From positions 19,220,001 to 19,284,000 of the forward strand of contig NC_086108.1 in NCBI RefSeq assembly GCF_963921235.1: DNA of 64,000 nt. Direction: 5' to 3'. This stretch comes from Mobula hypostoma (Eukaryota). Both the position numbers and the translations under genes were made by a program. The notes under the pieces were generated by a model. The model saw only the letters and a list, made by a program, of their open reading frames with translations. It did not search any database and was not told the origin of the DNA. Of this stretch, positions 1 through 13,537 are shown in pieces (the first letter of the stretch is position 1; every line of letters starts with the position of its first letter).

Positions 1-129
1 CCTGCTTTTTAAAATTTTCCTCCAATAGCTTTCAGATAAAAATAAAGTCTGTCTATGTGGGTTTTGTTTTTGCTCATTAATTCGATCACAAATTACGCGC
101 ATAGGTAGCAATGTGTATATACAACTCAC

Positions 130-525
130 CGTGATCTCAGGACACACTGACTCTTAAAAGGGAATGGGTTTAACTGGTCATAACTGATCGCCAGATCCCA
201 GGTAATGTGAAATTCCTCTCGCAGTCCAAAGGTCCCAGCATGTCAAAAGTCCAACTCCCCAAATTCTGGCTCTAATCACCGCTGATGCTAGTCTTCCCTT
301 CCGTTGTTTGGGGGAGTTAGGAGTGGGGAGGGTGTAGGGTTAACGAGAAAGATTGTCTGATCCTGGCTGCGGCTTCCAGACCTCCCAGTCCCCAAACTTT
401 CTTCCCAGGGAACCACGCGGTCTTCTGTTGGTCACCTTCACTTCTGGGTTGATCCTGGGGTCCAGCCACTCTGACTGCTGCTCGCTAATCACAAGGCACT
501 GGGCGGAGGAAGTGTCCACGTTCAG
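130..525 (-). other. Candidate exon (probably 5' UTR or non-coding) of a minus-strand transcript continuing left of the window
   Basis: Minus strand reads ...TTTATTCTTTTGCACCCAG|CTGAAC (acceptor) and GATCACG|GTGAGT (consensus donor at 129). Stop codons occur in all three frames. Confidence 0.45.
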
Positions 526-1320
526 CTGGGTGCAAAAGAATAAATGCTAGCAGAAGACAGGCCCAAGTCTTTCGAGCAAAGATCTCAAAGCGAGGGCAAG
601 GATGGGCACTGAGCGTGAAGTACCAGAACAAAAGTGCGAAGCTGGGGATGAGGTGGCAACGAGGAGGACAAAATCAATCCGTTTCCGCAGCTTATATTTA
701 CAGATGCATTTATATATCTTACAACCATTTTACATGCGCGCATAATACACATTTGCCTATTTATTTCCGTAAACGCACACATTTTAATTTACAATGTAAC
801 TATAAATATACCATGAACATATCCATTTTATTATTTCCAGAAATAATTCTGCTCCCATTCACGTTGCTTAAGGAACGAATAGATCTGTGTATTAAGATTA
901 TTAACAAAACCAAATCAGTGTGTATCGATAAAAAGGCAAATCTAGCAGAACTACTTAGAAGGGAGGACCGGGCAGCCGCATTCAGTTTCGACAGATTTCA
1001 GTGAATAATTTGCTGTTGCTTTGATGTCTCTGAACTTCCCCTTCTAAGTGAGAGCAGATTCAGGACAGTTGCTCTCCACGCCGCCTGAACACCAAAATAT
1101 CTCTATTTTATTACTGTATAATGAATGTCTGACACCGCGTTTCCCCTTCGTTCTCCGCTTTGACGTCCTATACGGCAGAGATTTCCCGGATCTCGGTGAG
1201 TGTACAACCCGTTATTTATTTTCCCTCAGTCTCTTTTCTCTTTCTCTCTCTCTCTGAGTTTATCTCCCCGAGATTCTGCTTCATAAAACGCCAGAGCCTC
1301 TACCCGGCTCCGCGCGCGCA

Positions 1321-1448
1321 CGTGTGTGTGTGCACGTGTGTGTGCACGTGTGTGTGTGCACGTGTGTGTGTGTGTGTGTGTGCACGTGTGTGTGTGCACG
1401 TGTGTGTGTGTGTGTGTGCACGTGTGTGTGTGTGTGTGTGTGTGTGCG

Positions 1449-1502
<54 letters not shown>

Positions 1503-1512
1503 TGTGTGTGTG
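1321..1512. repeat. (GT)n microsatellite punctuated by GTGCAC
   Basis: Read directly from the sequence. Confidence 0.97.
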
Positions 1513-2035
1513 ACACACTGCCTATCACCTGCATCTCTCCTTCAGCACCGCATCCCTGTCAGACAATTAAACAACCCCGGGACTCGGTCGCTTAGTTCCC
1601 TTCGGCCAAGTGTGGTGAGCAACAGCACAACCAGATTATCTGGGGGCGGGGGTGGAGAGAAAGTGGGGAAAGCAGGGAGGGAGCACTTCCACAACGAAAG
1701 TGAAATATATCTAGCCGACTAATAGTAGTAACTTTAGTTATTGATCTGTTTTCTCACCCCATTTCTCCTCTCGCTATCGTCTTCTCCCTTCGGCGTTCCC
1801 CTCTCCCTGTTGGCCTATTTACAAGTCCCCTCCATAATCCAAGATTTGTACAGCACAGCCACGGCCCTTCGGCTCATCATATTCATGCCGACCTCTTTGC
1901 CCCTCGACATTTGTACACTCGGGTGAGTATTACCTGAGCGACCGCCTCAGCTCCTCTTGTAGGCGAGACACAGGGACATCAGGGAGGGAGAGTATGTGGA
2001 AGGTAAAATCGTTTCATAGCTCACGAATAGTGGAA

Positions 2036-2060
2036 ACACACACACACACACACACACACA
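2036..2060. repeat. (CA)n microsatellite
   Basis: Read directly from the sequence. Confidence 0.95.
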
Positions 2061-5000
2061 TCTCAGCGTACTGCGGTTTAAAACAACATCAGCAGAAAGA
2101 GAAAATTGACAAATAAGATTTATTAACACTTTAAGAAATTTTAAGTTAAAAAAGTCTGCCCAATTATTGTAGGGAGCTTATTTGGCTAAATCACAGTTAC
2201 ATGAAGCTTCCCCAGGCCAGGCTGGAAAAGATTACCGAGCCGGTTCAGCACAGCCGCTCAAAGCAAAAGGGGTGCTTCTGCGCTTTGCCGGACTCACTCT
2301 TTCTTTGTCCCTCCACCCCAACCCATTACCTTTCTCTCTCCCGTGTGTCCCGGAGAACTTGGTACCGTCTCCACCCGGGGAACCCCTCCCTGCTCGAGGG
2401 TTTGATTCAGCAGATATTCTACAACGTATAAATGGCCAGTGTTTCCTTGTATAGAAAATAAATTTGTAGCAGGCAGTAGAGCTCGTGAATTAATTTCCCC
2501 AGAAGTAACACAGCGAAACTGTAGGTCCATTGGCACTAGTGCTGTGCTCCGTAATTCAACATCGGGTCACACCAAAATAGATGTAAAAATTGGCGCACCT
2601 TTCCAGTCACTTGGATTTAACTAGACGTTTGTACCCCTTCAGGTTGAAGATATGTATCTTAAAGGGTTTGAAGTTGTATTTGTGAAAGCCAGTGAGTAGT
2701 CTGCATGTATAGAAACTATCTTTGCTAAGGAGCTGTCTGAATAATTATCAGATGTTGCACACATGGTACATACCCAAATGACAGAGAAATATTCGGTGTC
2801 ATTTCATTTCAAAGATTTTAATATCGCCGACAAAGTATATCACTTCTTCCGAACACATTAATGTACGTTTGTATTTACTTATTTTGTGTAAGTTATTATA
2901 TACATCGAGACAACGTGATTTATTCGAGCACATATGTAGAACCGCAATTGGTCTGTGGGTAGATAATCGCTCAAATATATTGTATATGATATGTCATACC
3001 CCGTTCATGGGGGAGACCAATTGCGATCTTTCCGGATTTTATACAATTAATCGTTATCTTCAAACACGAATACGTTTAGCAATGATGTATATATATATTT
3101 TAAAACTGCAACATCGACCGCAAACCATATCAGCGAATATTGTGGATTTCGAATGAATTCCAAGTGGTCCTTTGAAGAGTTAGTCAAATAAGGAAAGTGC
3201 CGCTCGCCGGTTTGGTGTGTCGGCCGTAGTTGAAAGATTTTAAAGTGTGGGCAATTTACCGTTTTAACGGAAAACAATATTTAAAAAAAAGAGAACAAAC
3301 GTTAGAATCAGAACATGAAATCTGCATAAATTTCCAATATTCAGAGTCGCTGACTTGTCTTATTCAACTTATCACCGCCAGCTCTTTAATGGCTCTTCAA
3401 AGAGGATTATTATTTTCTTTTTGTTTTTTTCGCGTTGTGTGTAATTATCTTACTTGTTATCTTGAAGGAATCAGCGGGCACGAGCGACGATAATTTAATG
3501 GAAGCTCGTTTGTGCGTGCTTAGCTCGGGGGCACTTTTTATTAGAAATCTCGCTCAGAGGGCTTCAGTTTATTAAACGAACGGAGCCGATTCCACCAAGA
3601 GGCGAGAGGTCTTGTGCCAGAACCGTAGAAACACCGCTCCAAAATGCAAGATTGGAAATACCTTGAAATCTAGGACGGCAGAGATAAGTAGCAAGAATTC
3701 GATAAGTTTTATATTTATTAAAAATATGTTGAATGCAAATGAAAGCAGAGTTATTTGTAAATATATATTAGTACAAATGTGTTTAATTAAGTACTAACAA
3801 AATATGCATGTATCAATTGAGAAGATAACTAAAATTCTGTTTAGATAAGGCACAGTGAGGCAGATGTGAATAAAACCTTGTTACTGTTGCGTTTTGAAGT
3901 GTGTAAACCGGGTCCTATTGAACTAGAATCAGTTTGACAGATAAATTTGCCTTCTAGTGAATGGTCGCCGCAAGCGTTTCGTTCCGGTAGCGGTGGGAGA
4001 AGGGACGATCTTCATTGGTTCCCTCACCAATGGGACCGAGAGGGTTGGGTTGTGTGTGGGGGGGGGGGATGGAAGGTTTCACAGGGATTGTTGACACCAT
4101 GACGGGGTCCGGCTGCCGAGTGGGTGGCAAGCAGACCGAGCTGTTCACATCTCAGCCCAGCTCCCAGAATGAGGCGCCCTCCGAGAACTGTGCAAACAAA
4201 GGGCATTTCAAAAAATTGTGGCATCAGTTTCTCATCGGGTACAAGTACAGGTGATGCCACAAGCGTCCCAAACACACATTCATACTTCATAAAACATATT
4301 ATCTATGTAAATTCCAAACAAATTGCTTATTAATTACAGACGTCACACAATTTTTTCATCCATTACAAATCTACGCTTATATACACATCGTATATTGTAT
4401 TGCATTCATATATAAATATATGCCTCCTTAATGAGACCGGGGAAACTCCATTTTTTTGTTGTCCCGTTCAAATTGTTGCAAAGACGAATATTACAATAAA
4501 AAAGTTCCTGAAGTTTAGCAGGCAATGCTTTAAATGTAAAATGCTTTCGGCAATGAATGATGTTGGAAAGAGAAGGGAGGCCACTGGAACCGCCTGTGAT
4601 TTCAGTCACTAAGAGCCACAGAATGCAGAACGAAATCTATGGCTCCTTAACAACGTCTGCGGTCAGAGCCAGTCCCCGCCAACCCGACCGGCTCCAGTAT
4701 ACAGTATATTTACAGAAGTGTGGAGCCGGAGGAACATGTCGAGAGAATCTCTAACCGAATTCTATACGATTACAAATTGGGACGTCTGGTTATTGAGAGT
4801 CCGGTACAAATCAAAGAGCTAACATCCCCAGTGACTGCCACTTTCCACATGCCCGGCGCTCACTTGAGCGAACAAAAAATGCCGTCAAGTCGCAGATCAT
4901 ATAACAACGGCCCGAGTTTTCCAACTCACTTCCGCGGACAGAGGACGGTTCCCAAGAGAGTACCTCCACAATCCAGGGCAGAGGAGGGGGCGGGGTAGAA

Positions 5001-5069
5001 GCGGCGGCGAGGAAGCAAGACTGGAAAAGATTTCGCGTACATCAGTCAACTGGGAAGCGGTGCCACGCC

Positions 5070-5600
5070 ATGGAGGTGGGGCCGACAACCACAGCAATGC
5101 AGGGCGTAGGTGGTGAGAGACGGATGATGGCAGGAGAGGAGAGGGGGGGAAGCAGGGACGGGAGAGGCAGAAGGGAGAAATGTGGGGCAGGAAGAAGAGG
5201 GGAGGAATTAGGACAGAAGTGGAAGAAAGAGGAGGCGATGGACAGGAGGAGGAGAGAGGGCAGGAGAGGTAGGAGGAGGAGAGGAGTAGGCGAAGGCCGA
5301 GAAGCAGAAGTGAAAGTTGTGGGACAGACGGAAAGGAGAGAGGAGGGGACAAGAATGGAGTGGAAGGGTGAAGACGAGAAGGGCAGTCGGAACTGATGGC
5401 AAGAAGAAGGGAGGGTTGGTGCAGGGTGGTGAGGGACAGGAAGGTAGAGCGGGGTGGTGGGAGAAGAAGCAAAAGGAGAGATAGGACTGGTGGGAAAGTA
5501 AAGGGTTGGAAATTGGCGAGACAGTAGTGTGCTTGGGGGAAGGATGGTGGAGTGGAGCAGGATGGAAAGAATTAGATGAGAGTGGAGGAGCAGCAGAATG
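5070..5600 (+). repeat. Purine-rich (GA/GGA) low-complexity tract
   Basis: Dense GGA/GAG/GAA runs with very few pyrimidines on the + strand. Confidence 0.8.
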
Positions 5601-7889
5601 TGAGACCTGGGGTCTGTTACAGGGCTGGAGGCGTGTAGGGGGCTAGTTAGATGTGGAGGAGAGTGTCAGGCCAAAAGCCTGAGAGTTGACCGTAGCAATA
5701 ACCCCATCAGTTAACAACGGCGGAACCGCCTGCTTCGCCGCTGCTTTCAACCCATTCTCGGATGGTGAACATTCCCCTCCCCTTCCGGGGAAGAAAGAAA
5801 TGGTGACTTTGTGGGAGATCCCCTGGCGGGACAACTGTCTACTGTCTACGAGAAAATCCGAAAATGGTTCAGGGTGTGGCTAGCGGCCTCTCACCCTATA
5901 AATTAGGGAAAACTGTCTTTTAATACCCCTCTCCCCTTCCTTTACTGAACAGTTGCAGAACTTCTGAAATCAGGAGCTCAATCAGAGTACCATCCTAGTG
6001 CGTAGAGCTCGTACCCGAGTACAGTAACTAGTGGACGGAAATCATTCATCGCGAACTCATTTTATACAACTTTCTCGCTGAAAATGCAGCCTACACACTG
6101 GGTTTCGGCCCGAAACCTCAACTATTTATTCCTCTCCATAGGTACTGTCTGAGATCTTCCAGCATTTTGTGCATGCTACATTCCACACTGGAGAATGACC
6201 CCGAATGCATTTAGAAATTATATTGCACGAACATCCAGAAAACCAATACAGAATCTGATTAGAAGTTCAGTAACGTCAATAATTAGATAGAACGGTTGGC
6301 AGAGGCTGTTATATTGCGACTTGGCGGCTACGATAACAGAGCGTTTGGGTGTCCGGCAAGCAGACGGACTGACATCTAACTGTGGTATTCCGATGTGGCA
6401 AATCCCGGGCTGGGCGCTGCAATTGGGGTTTTGGTATCCAGAATTGGCAGTCAAAAGTGAATAGCAGTTGGGGGCGGGTCATCAGAACATGCAGGTCTTC
6501 AGCAGATGTTCCTCTGGAGTCGGAGGCAGTCAATGATCTGCGCGGTACCTCGCCATCACCCAGCCCCCGACCCCGCCTCATGAAACAAACCTCCGACTCC
6601 CCTTGGTAGAGAGAATCCTGAGGGAAGGGTGAGGCACCGTGTCCCAATCCGGCCACTGATGCACGGAATGGCGCAGTGTCCTAAAGTGGCGTGAGGGTCC
6701 ACTTGCCCGGAACACTTCACTAGGAAGGAGGTGGGCTTGTGGCACCGACCCTATGATGGATAGAAATATTAAGTTTGCAGATTATAATATTTATGTGATT
6801 TTGCTGTAACCCCCGTCTGGTTCTCCGTTATTCCAATTGATCATGACCTTTAACTCAGTAGAACATGGCCGGTAAGTTCGATGCAATGCAGGTCTCAGGG
6901 CAGGGAGCCACCCATGACCAACGAAACAGAACGAGTGACGAACTGAGCTGCCTATACATGGTATAAAATAATACTCTCCAGTGTTGTAAAATAAGGATAC
7001 CTGGTTGCTTTGACGTGAACATTATGAGATACATTTTCAGTACATTTTAATTTGACACTCCCGATTAATTTACTGATATGTGACCCATGAATAAAGGAAG
7101 TAGAAAAGGTCGCTACACAGCCATACCCAGCGCAGCACAGAGTACCAGGGTCCAAACTTGTTGTCAAATCGTTAGAAATATCGGGACTGAGATCAATGGC
7201 CCAGCCCAAATGAGGGGTTTCGAACCTAAACGTCGACTGCCCACTTCGTTCAATAGACGCTGCCTATTCCGGAGTTCCTCCCGCGCCTTTTGCGTTGCCC
7301 AATATTCCAGCATTTTCAGACTCTTGTGTCTTAACGGCGTGGAGAGGCCGTTGGATAATATTGCACCAATAGTTGGACAACGAGGAAAATTCTCCATCCA
7401 CCGAAAGGAGAGATGTCTCATGCGAAAGACAACAGGATTGCAGGCATAAGGTTTGGTTAAATGCTCAGGCTTCAGATATGGACCATAAAGTGACAACAAG
7501 ACACAAGAGATTGAGTGCTGGAATCTCGGGTACTGTTAGAGGAACTCTATGAGTTAGGCAGCAGCTGTGTGACAAAGGGTCCTTATGACATCATAAAGTT
7601 TTGCTATAATCTTTAAAATGTTGCTATAAATCAAAGTTGAAGTGTTCCGTATATTTATCCAATGGAATGGAGGGTGGGGGGCAATTTTGTTTTGGGCCTT
7701 CATTATGCTAAGTATGACCATGAATGCAACTCAGAAGTTACATTTCGAGGTACAGATTGAGTAGGGAAAGACGGAAGTGATTACTCAGTAGAGGTCATGT
7801 TGGTTTAATGGGTTAGAAGGTTACGGATTCTTCCCTATGGATCCCAGAGCTAATGTCAACACCGGATTAACAAAAGGACAATATTTCTA

Positions 7890-8240
7890 AATCACACAAA
7901 CTTCTGGAGGACTCAGCAAGTCAGGTGGCATCTATGGAGAGGATGTTTTAGACTGAGATCATCAGGACTGGAAAGAAGGGAGGAAGAAGTCAGAATAAGG
8001 AGAGGAAGGAGTACAAGGTGGCAGGTGATCGGTAAAACCTGGTGAAGGGGAAGGTGGTAGGTGGAGGAGGAGGAGGCATGAAGTAAGAAGCTGAGAGGTG
8101 ATAGGTGAATTGAAGAAGAAGGAATCTGATAGGAGAGGACAGTGGACCATGAGAGAAAAGAAAGGATCTGATTTGCTGAGTTCAGCATTTTATGTGGTTT
8201 ACTCAAAATTTCCAGCATCTGCAGAATCATTTGTGTTTAC
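7890..8240. mobile_element. Old Penelope-derived terminal fragments: a minus-strand copy (~7890-8165) abutting a plus-strand end (~8170-8240)
   Basis: Similar to 20465-20700 and 55985-56235 (GGAGGA.CTCAGCA.GTCAGG..GCATCTATGG; CATCAGGACTG; TTCCAGCATCTGCAGAATC). Confidence 0.6.
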
Positions 8241-8719
8241 TTTTTTAAATCAGCCATTGATCACAGTGAGCATTTCTCTTTATCTGAAAACAACATTGGA
8301 TATTATTCAGGATAGTTGACAGGTAACCATGAAGGAAAAAACATGAGTGAACAAAACTATGGTAATATAAATACAAGTGAGCAGTGGGCAGTTAACACAA
8401 AGTTAAACTATCTCTATCCAGGTGTCCTGAAGGGAAGCAATGTTCACTAACAGTAAATCAAAGTGGGATGTCTAAATAAAGGGTGCTCTTCAGGAAGTAG
8501 TTAAGGCCAGTGCACCACTCGCAAATGAACAGACTACACGAGACACCACTTTCATAAACTTTCACGTAATAAGCAACATCCCAGGTATCATTCATTCTAG
8601 ACAGTCTTAATATTCTAATCTCATAATATTTTGTTCTGTGTGAACTAACTTTCCAATGTTAGACTCAAGACTGATTGCACTTCCTTATGGTGAGCACAGG
8701 AGCAGAGAGAGGAGGGGTC

Positions 8720-9030
8720 GGAGGGGGGCGGAGGTTAACAGTTAGTGTTACTTTACAGATCCAGTGACCTGGTTCAATTCTGACCTCAGCGCCCCTGTGT
8801 GGAGTTTGCACATTCTTCCCGTGGCTGCGTAGTTTTTTCCCACAGGTGGTCTGGTTTCCACACACTTCCTACAGACATCCAGGCAGGTTAACTGGCCACT
8901 TAAGTTGTCCCTGGTCAGGTGGGTGGCAGAAGTACCAAGAATCGGGATGGACATATGAAAGAGAATCACTTACAGAAAAATATGGGGTTGCTCTGAGAGA
9001 CAGCATAGACTCTTTGGGCAAAAAGGCCTC
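8720..9030 (+). mobile_element. tRNA-derived V-SINE-like element
   Basis: B-box-like GGTTCAATTC, followed by TGTGTGGAGTTTGCACATTCTTCCCGTG, the V-SINE-type core shared with the 10550 and 13050 copies. Confidence 0.65.
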
Positions 9031-10418
9031 AGAAGTTGTCAGAAAGTATGAATACCAACAGGTTAAACTGTCACAAAAGTTGAGGACAAAACTTTGGACT
9101 TTAGGTCACATCAGGTCTTGAGCATATTCCAAAATCTCTGCTGTTTTAGAGTAAAAACACTTGCAACCTAGGTTAGATTAGCCATATGGTCAACTTATAT
9201 CTGGGAAATCTTTAATTTTGTTAAAAGGGAAAATTGTTTTAAGGAGCGGGGTATAATTAATTACTGGAATCATTAGCAGTAGATTCAATTGGGACACAAA
9301 CCAGTGAAGGTCCTACTCACTGATGTGTTCAGATTCTCCTAGACTGTAAGGTCATGTAAAATAACCTGGAGAACTACCAGGAGCCAGGGTGAAATAGCAA
9401 CTGGACATTATTTCTACTTTAAATCTGTTTCACACATAGAAATAGCCACTACACACTGCCCTAGGTGTAGATGAGTGGTGGAATGTAGGGAGAGTTGATA
9501 GGAATATGGGGAGAATAAATAGAATGACTGTAGATGATTCAGTGAGTGCATAATAATCAGTGTGGATCATTAATACATCATGAACAATTTCCATGTTGCA
9601 TGGCTATAACTATATCAAAATGCCCTGTTCAGATGAAATACAGGGGGGAAAGCCAGGGTTATATCTGCAGCTCTTGTGTCATAGATCTAGTTACTGCAGG
9701 TGTGTAAAACACAATCTATAGCCCAGGTATATAGGATGAAGAATATGCAAGAGGTGTCATATAGGAATATGGGTTTACAATTAGTAAAGTCATCACTGTG
9801 CTGAATAGGATTGTGCAATGTTATTTGAACTGAAGCCTCAGCTTTCAGGTGCACTACAAGGACTGTATTCTGTCTGCATCCTCTCTCCTTCATGAAGCTA
9901 GGTCGTCCTTGAAAGTTTTAATGAGTTCTTCCACTTTTAATAATAATTGACATCTCTGCCTGACAGCTATAGTCAACAACAGCATGCCAGTGCCGGAGAA
10001 GGGGAAAAAATGACCTTGCAATAGCTGAATAGTGTTTTTAAGACCAAATTAAAACTTGCCAAAATTCAATTTAAAAATATATATAGTACCAAGCTGAAGT
10101 AGCAACAGGGACTCTTGCACTGTACTTTGGTAAAATCCATTCCAAAAATCTTTGCTCTCATGAAAAGTTCCTTTAGTGAGTTCTTCCTTCCATCAGGCTA
10201 TGAACAGCCACTGTACAACTTTCCTTCAATATTAGTTGGGCTTTGTTAATGGAAGGGGTCAAGAAATTAGATTACATTGAAATGTTCACTTGACTGAATA
10301 GCCTTTAGGGCCTCCTAAAGGTCCTAATGTTACTGTACACTTCACTTTCTTTAACCAGCACCTTCATTATAATAAATTACACCCAATTTAATGGACTCCC
10401 CCTCTCCATCCCTCCCTC

Positions 10419-10421
<3 letters not shown>

Positions 10422-10473
<52 letters not shown>
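10422..10473. repeat. Compound (CT)n(CA)n microsatellite
   Basis: Read directly from the sequence. Confidence 0.95.
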
Positions 10474-10549
10474 TTCATTCATCTTACTCCAGTTTTGCAT
10501 TGTAGCAGACCCCATTAACCACTGCATGATTGGGACAGGGTCAAGATAT

Positions 10550-10860
10550 TGGTGCAGTGAGTAAACTTACTAGCTCACAGCTCCTGCAAGCTGAGAACAA
10601 TCCTGACCTTGGGCACTGTCTTTGTGGAGTTTCTACGTTCTTCCTGTGGATTTCTAGTTTGTCCTCACATCCCAAAGGTGAGTAGGTTGGTAGGCCAATT
10701 GGCCCACAAACTGCCCCTGGTATGTGACTCTGGAGTAGAATCTATTGGAGTTGATTAGAATCTGGGAGAATAAAAAGGGATTATGAAGGATTTTTATAAG
10801 GTGTTTGATAGTTGGAATGTACTCATTGGGCAAAGGGATTGCCCCTGTGTGGTGTTGTTT
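10550..10860 (+). mobile_element. Degenerate V-SINE-like element
   Basis: GGTGCAGTGAGTA head, TGTGGAGTTTCTACGTTCTTCCTGTG core, CCTCACATCCCAAAG. Confidence 0.6.
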
Positions 10861-11319
10861 TGTTGCCATGGGGTGGTAAAACCACCAAAAATGCTTTCCA
10901 TCATTGAAATGCTCAGTTATTCATTGTTCCACACATGATGGAGGCTATCTGCCTCTTCCACACACACCCACCTCCCCTCAACCATACACATGCCAGCATC
11001 AATAAGAAGTGAACAGAACTCTGGTTGAGAAATATTTCACAGCATGCTTTTCACAAGGTAAATTTTGGTAAGAATATTACCCCCTTTGTAGACCTTAGCC
11101 ATGCAAAAATAAATAGTGGCCAAAGACACCTCCAGGAGCTTCCCATTGGACCAAACCAAGAGAAGCAGGGCACACTGTACCTGGCACGGCAGGGGCAACA
11201 AGCCATCTAGTCCATTGACTGTATTTCTCCATTTCATATAGGTCTGGCTATTCCAATCAAGGTTCAACATCTTGGCTCTTTTGTAGTTTGCAAGTCCGTC
11301 AGTCGACACCTTGAAAAAT

Positions 11320-11745
11320 ATTGTCAGTTATTGAGATAGGAAATTCCAAATGTCACAGCCCTCAGGGAGTGAAATGTCTCCTCATGTCTATCTTAAATGG
11401 CTGACCCCTTATTCTCAAATTGTGCCATCTAGTTCTGGAGACCCTCATTAGGGGAAACATCCCCTCTGAATCCATTCTGTCAAGCCATCTCAGGACTTTA
11501 TAGATTTCAATCAGATCATCTCTCATTCTTCTTACTCCAATGAGTGTTGGCCCAACCTGCTGAAACTTTCTTCATATGTCAATCCATTCATACCATCCCA
11601 GGAATTAGTCTGATGAATCATCTCTAGATGATATGTATCTATGAGGCAGTACAGAGAAGATTCTTCCTTAAATGATCTAAATTACACGCAGCACTGCCTG
11701 TAAATTTGCATCAAAGCTTCTCCACTTTTATATTCCCACACCCCT
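11320..11745 (-). mobile_element. Old CR1 LINE ORF2 3' fragment
   Basis: Degenerate match to the younger CR1 copies at 19100-19520 and 31930-32350 (TCTTAAATGG..CCCCTTATT, TTTCAATCAGATC..CTCTCATTCTTCT). Confidence 0.6.
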
Positions 11746-13049
11746 TTCCCATTCCATCAGCCTTTCAGAAATTATTTGATCAACCTCACAATATTTAGGA
11801 ACTTTCCAATCTGCAGCCCAAGGTTGCAAAGTTTCCTTTAGAAGAATATTAATTGCAAATAGTTGGTTGCTTGATATAATGAAGTTAAAATCTGTGGCAA
11901 ATATTTCATCATGTGCTCTAGCCTCCAAGGTTAATACTTACTTGTATAAATCAATACAGTGAAAATAATTTTTAAATAATGCAGTACAAGTAGGTGGATT
12001 CGTGCTGAGAGTGCAGTATTTGAGCAGAGACTGCCCCCATGTGGTAACAGTGGAAATGGCACCAACATTTACCGAAGCAATTGCACCGAACTAATTAAAT
12101 TATTCACCAAGTGGCTAAATAAACTAATATCTTCTGCTTAGACAATGTCTATATCCTTCCATTTTCCCCAAATTCGTGTACCTGTCTAACATGTCTTAAA
12201 GTCTCTGTCACCTCTATTTTTCTACCTCTATCCATTCCTACAGATTTTTTTAAAAAAATAAAAGGCCAGTACTTTTATGAATTGGGTTATTATCTAGTTT
12301 GATATCCAATTAAAGGTTGAAATGCTTCAAATGTAGGATATATAGGATTGCATATAAAAACATACAGAAGATCTTTTTTGGGGGATCTCTTTGGGAATTA
12401 ACAAAGCCCTTCACTTCACTGCCGACTGCAGATTCTGCACCAGCATCATCAGAGTCTCTATATGATCTCTCCCCTCTCCCATTGCAGTTATCTGAACACA
12501 TGTGGGTATTTTTCCATTTATGTGACTCATGTGAGGGGACAGTTGTGCCCCCACCCGCAGCCTGGCACTGCCATTCCCTTCTCTTCAGTCTTCAACAATC
12601 CAAGCCTGGTTGGCAAGGCCAGCAGTTACCCCCACCCCTGACTGTTCTCAAAATGAGTGCCTTGTTTGGTCACTTCAGAAGAGGCAACCACATTAAGGTG
12701 AGCCAGACAAGGACAGCAAATTTCTCCGCACCCCCCCCCACCCCACAGGATACTAGTGGATCAGATGGGTTTTTGTGGCAATCCTGGAATTTTGTGGTCC
12801 ATTGATCATTTGCTTCCCCTCTCATGACCAACTTGAGATTCTGCTCCCACTATCAGCTAACTGCACAGTATCCATAAGTGTGGCTTCGTTTAGAGCGTAC
12901 TGATGAAAGCACATCCAGCTGAAATATTGCCTGATTTGCTGAGTGGACTCAACCCAGTACATCGCGGGCACATCCTTCCTCAGCAGTGGCGGTACATCCG
13001 AGAGGCAACACCCGACATCAAAGATCCCCACCATTTGGGCCATGACAAC

Positions 13050-13320
13050 TTTTTTATGAATTGAGATACAGCACAGGGTAGGTCCTTCTGGCACTTCAAG
13101 GTGCACTGCCCAGCAACCATCAATTTAATCCTGGCCTAATCACGGGACAATTTCCAATGACCGTTTAACCTACTAACCGGTACATCTTTGGACTGTGGTT
13201 GGAAACGCACATAGTCACAGGGAGAATGTACAAACTCCTTACAGACAGTGGTGGGAATTGAACCTGGGTCACTGATACTGTAAAGTGTTAGGCTAACCAC
13301 TACGCTATCATGGCACCCCA
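13050..13320 (-). mobile_element. V-SINE-like element inserted in a Rex1/Babar 3' fragment (~12900-13420)
   Basis: Minus strand: tRNA-like head (GATAGCGTAGTGGTTAGC ... GGTTCAATTCCC) and GGAGTTTGTACATTCTCCCTGTGAC core. Flanks resemble Rex1 3' coding sequence (KYRSLKSHTTRFKKSY). Confidence 0.7.
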
Positions 13321-13537
13321 GCTACCATTGCGCAGAAAGTACAGAAGCCTTAAGTCCCACACCACCAGGTTCAAGAAAAGCTATTCCCCTTCAGTAATTC
13401 TGATCTTGAACCAAGCTGCTCAAGCCTATTCACTACCTCAGTACAGCAACACTTTTCACTACAATGGGCCTACATTTTTGTATCAGTTATATTCGTTCTT
13501 GTAAAATTAAGAATAATTTGTTTATGTTTTCATGTAA

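Larger units (their letters stand above)
1..7500. promoter_or_regulatory. Extended CpG-rich, nearly transposon-free region; probable CpG-island/promoter domain
   Basis: CG dinucleotides are frequent here (e.g. 1300-1320, 3190-3230, 3960-4140, 4990-5070, 6300-6700) and visibly depleted after ~7.5 kb. GC-box GGGGCGGGG near 4987. CpG observed/expected was not computed. Confidence 0.6.

Noticed and set aside
1160..1722. CV/HT-repeat ORFs (also 62377-62849)
   Set aside because: These are translations of (GT)n microsatellites.
4897..5472. 191-aa Pro/Ser/Leu-rich ORF and the opposite-strand Arg/Gly/Glu-rich ORF
   Set aside because: Artefacts of the purine-rich low-complexity tract.
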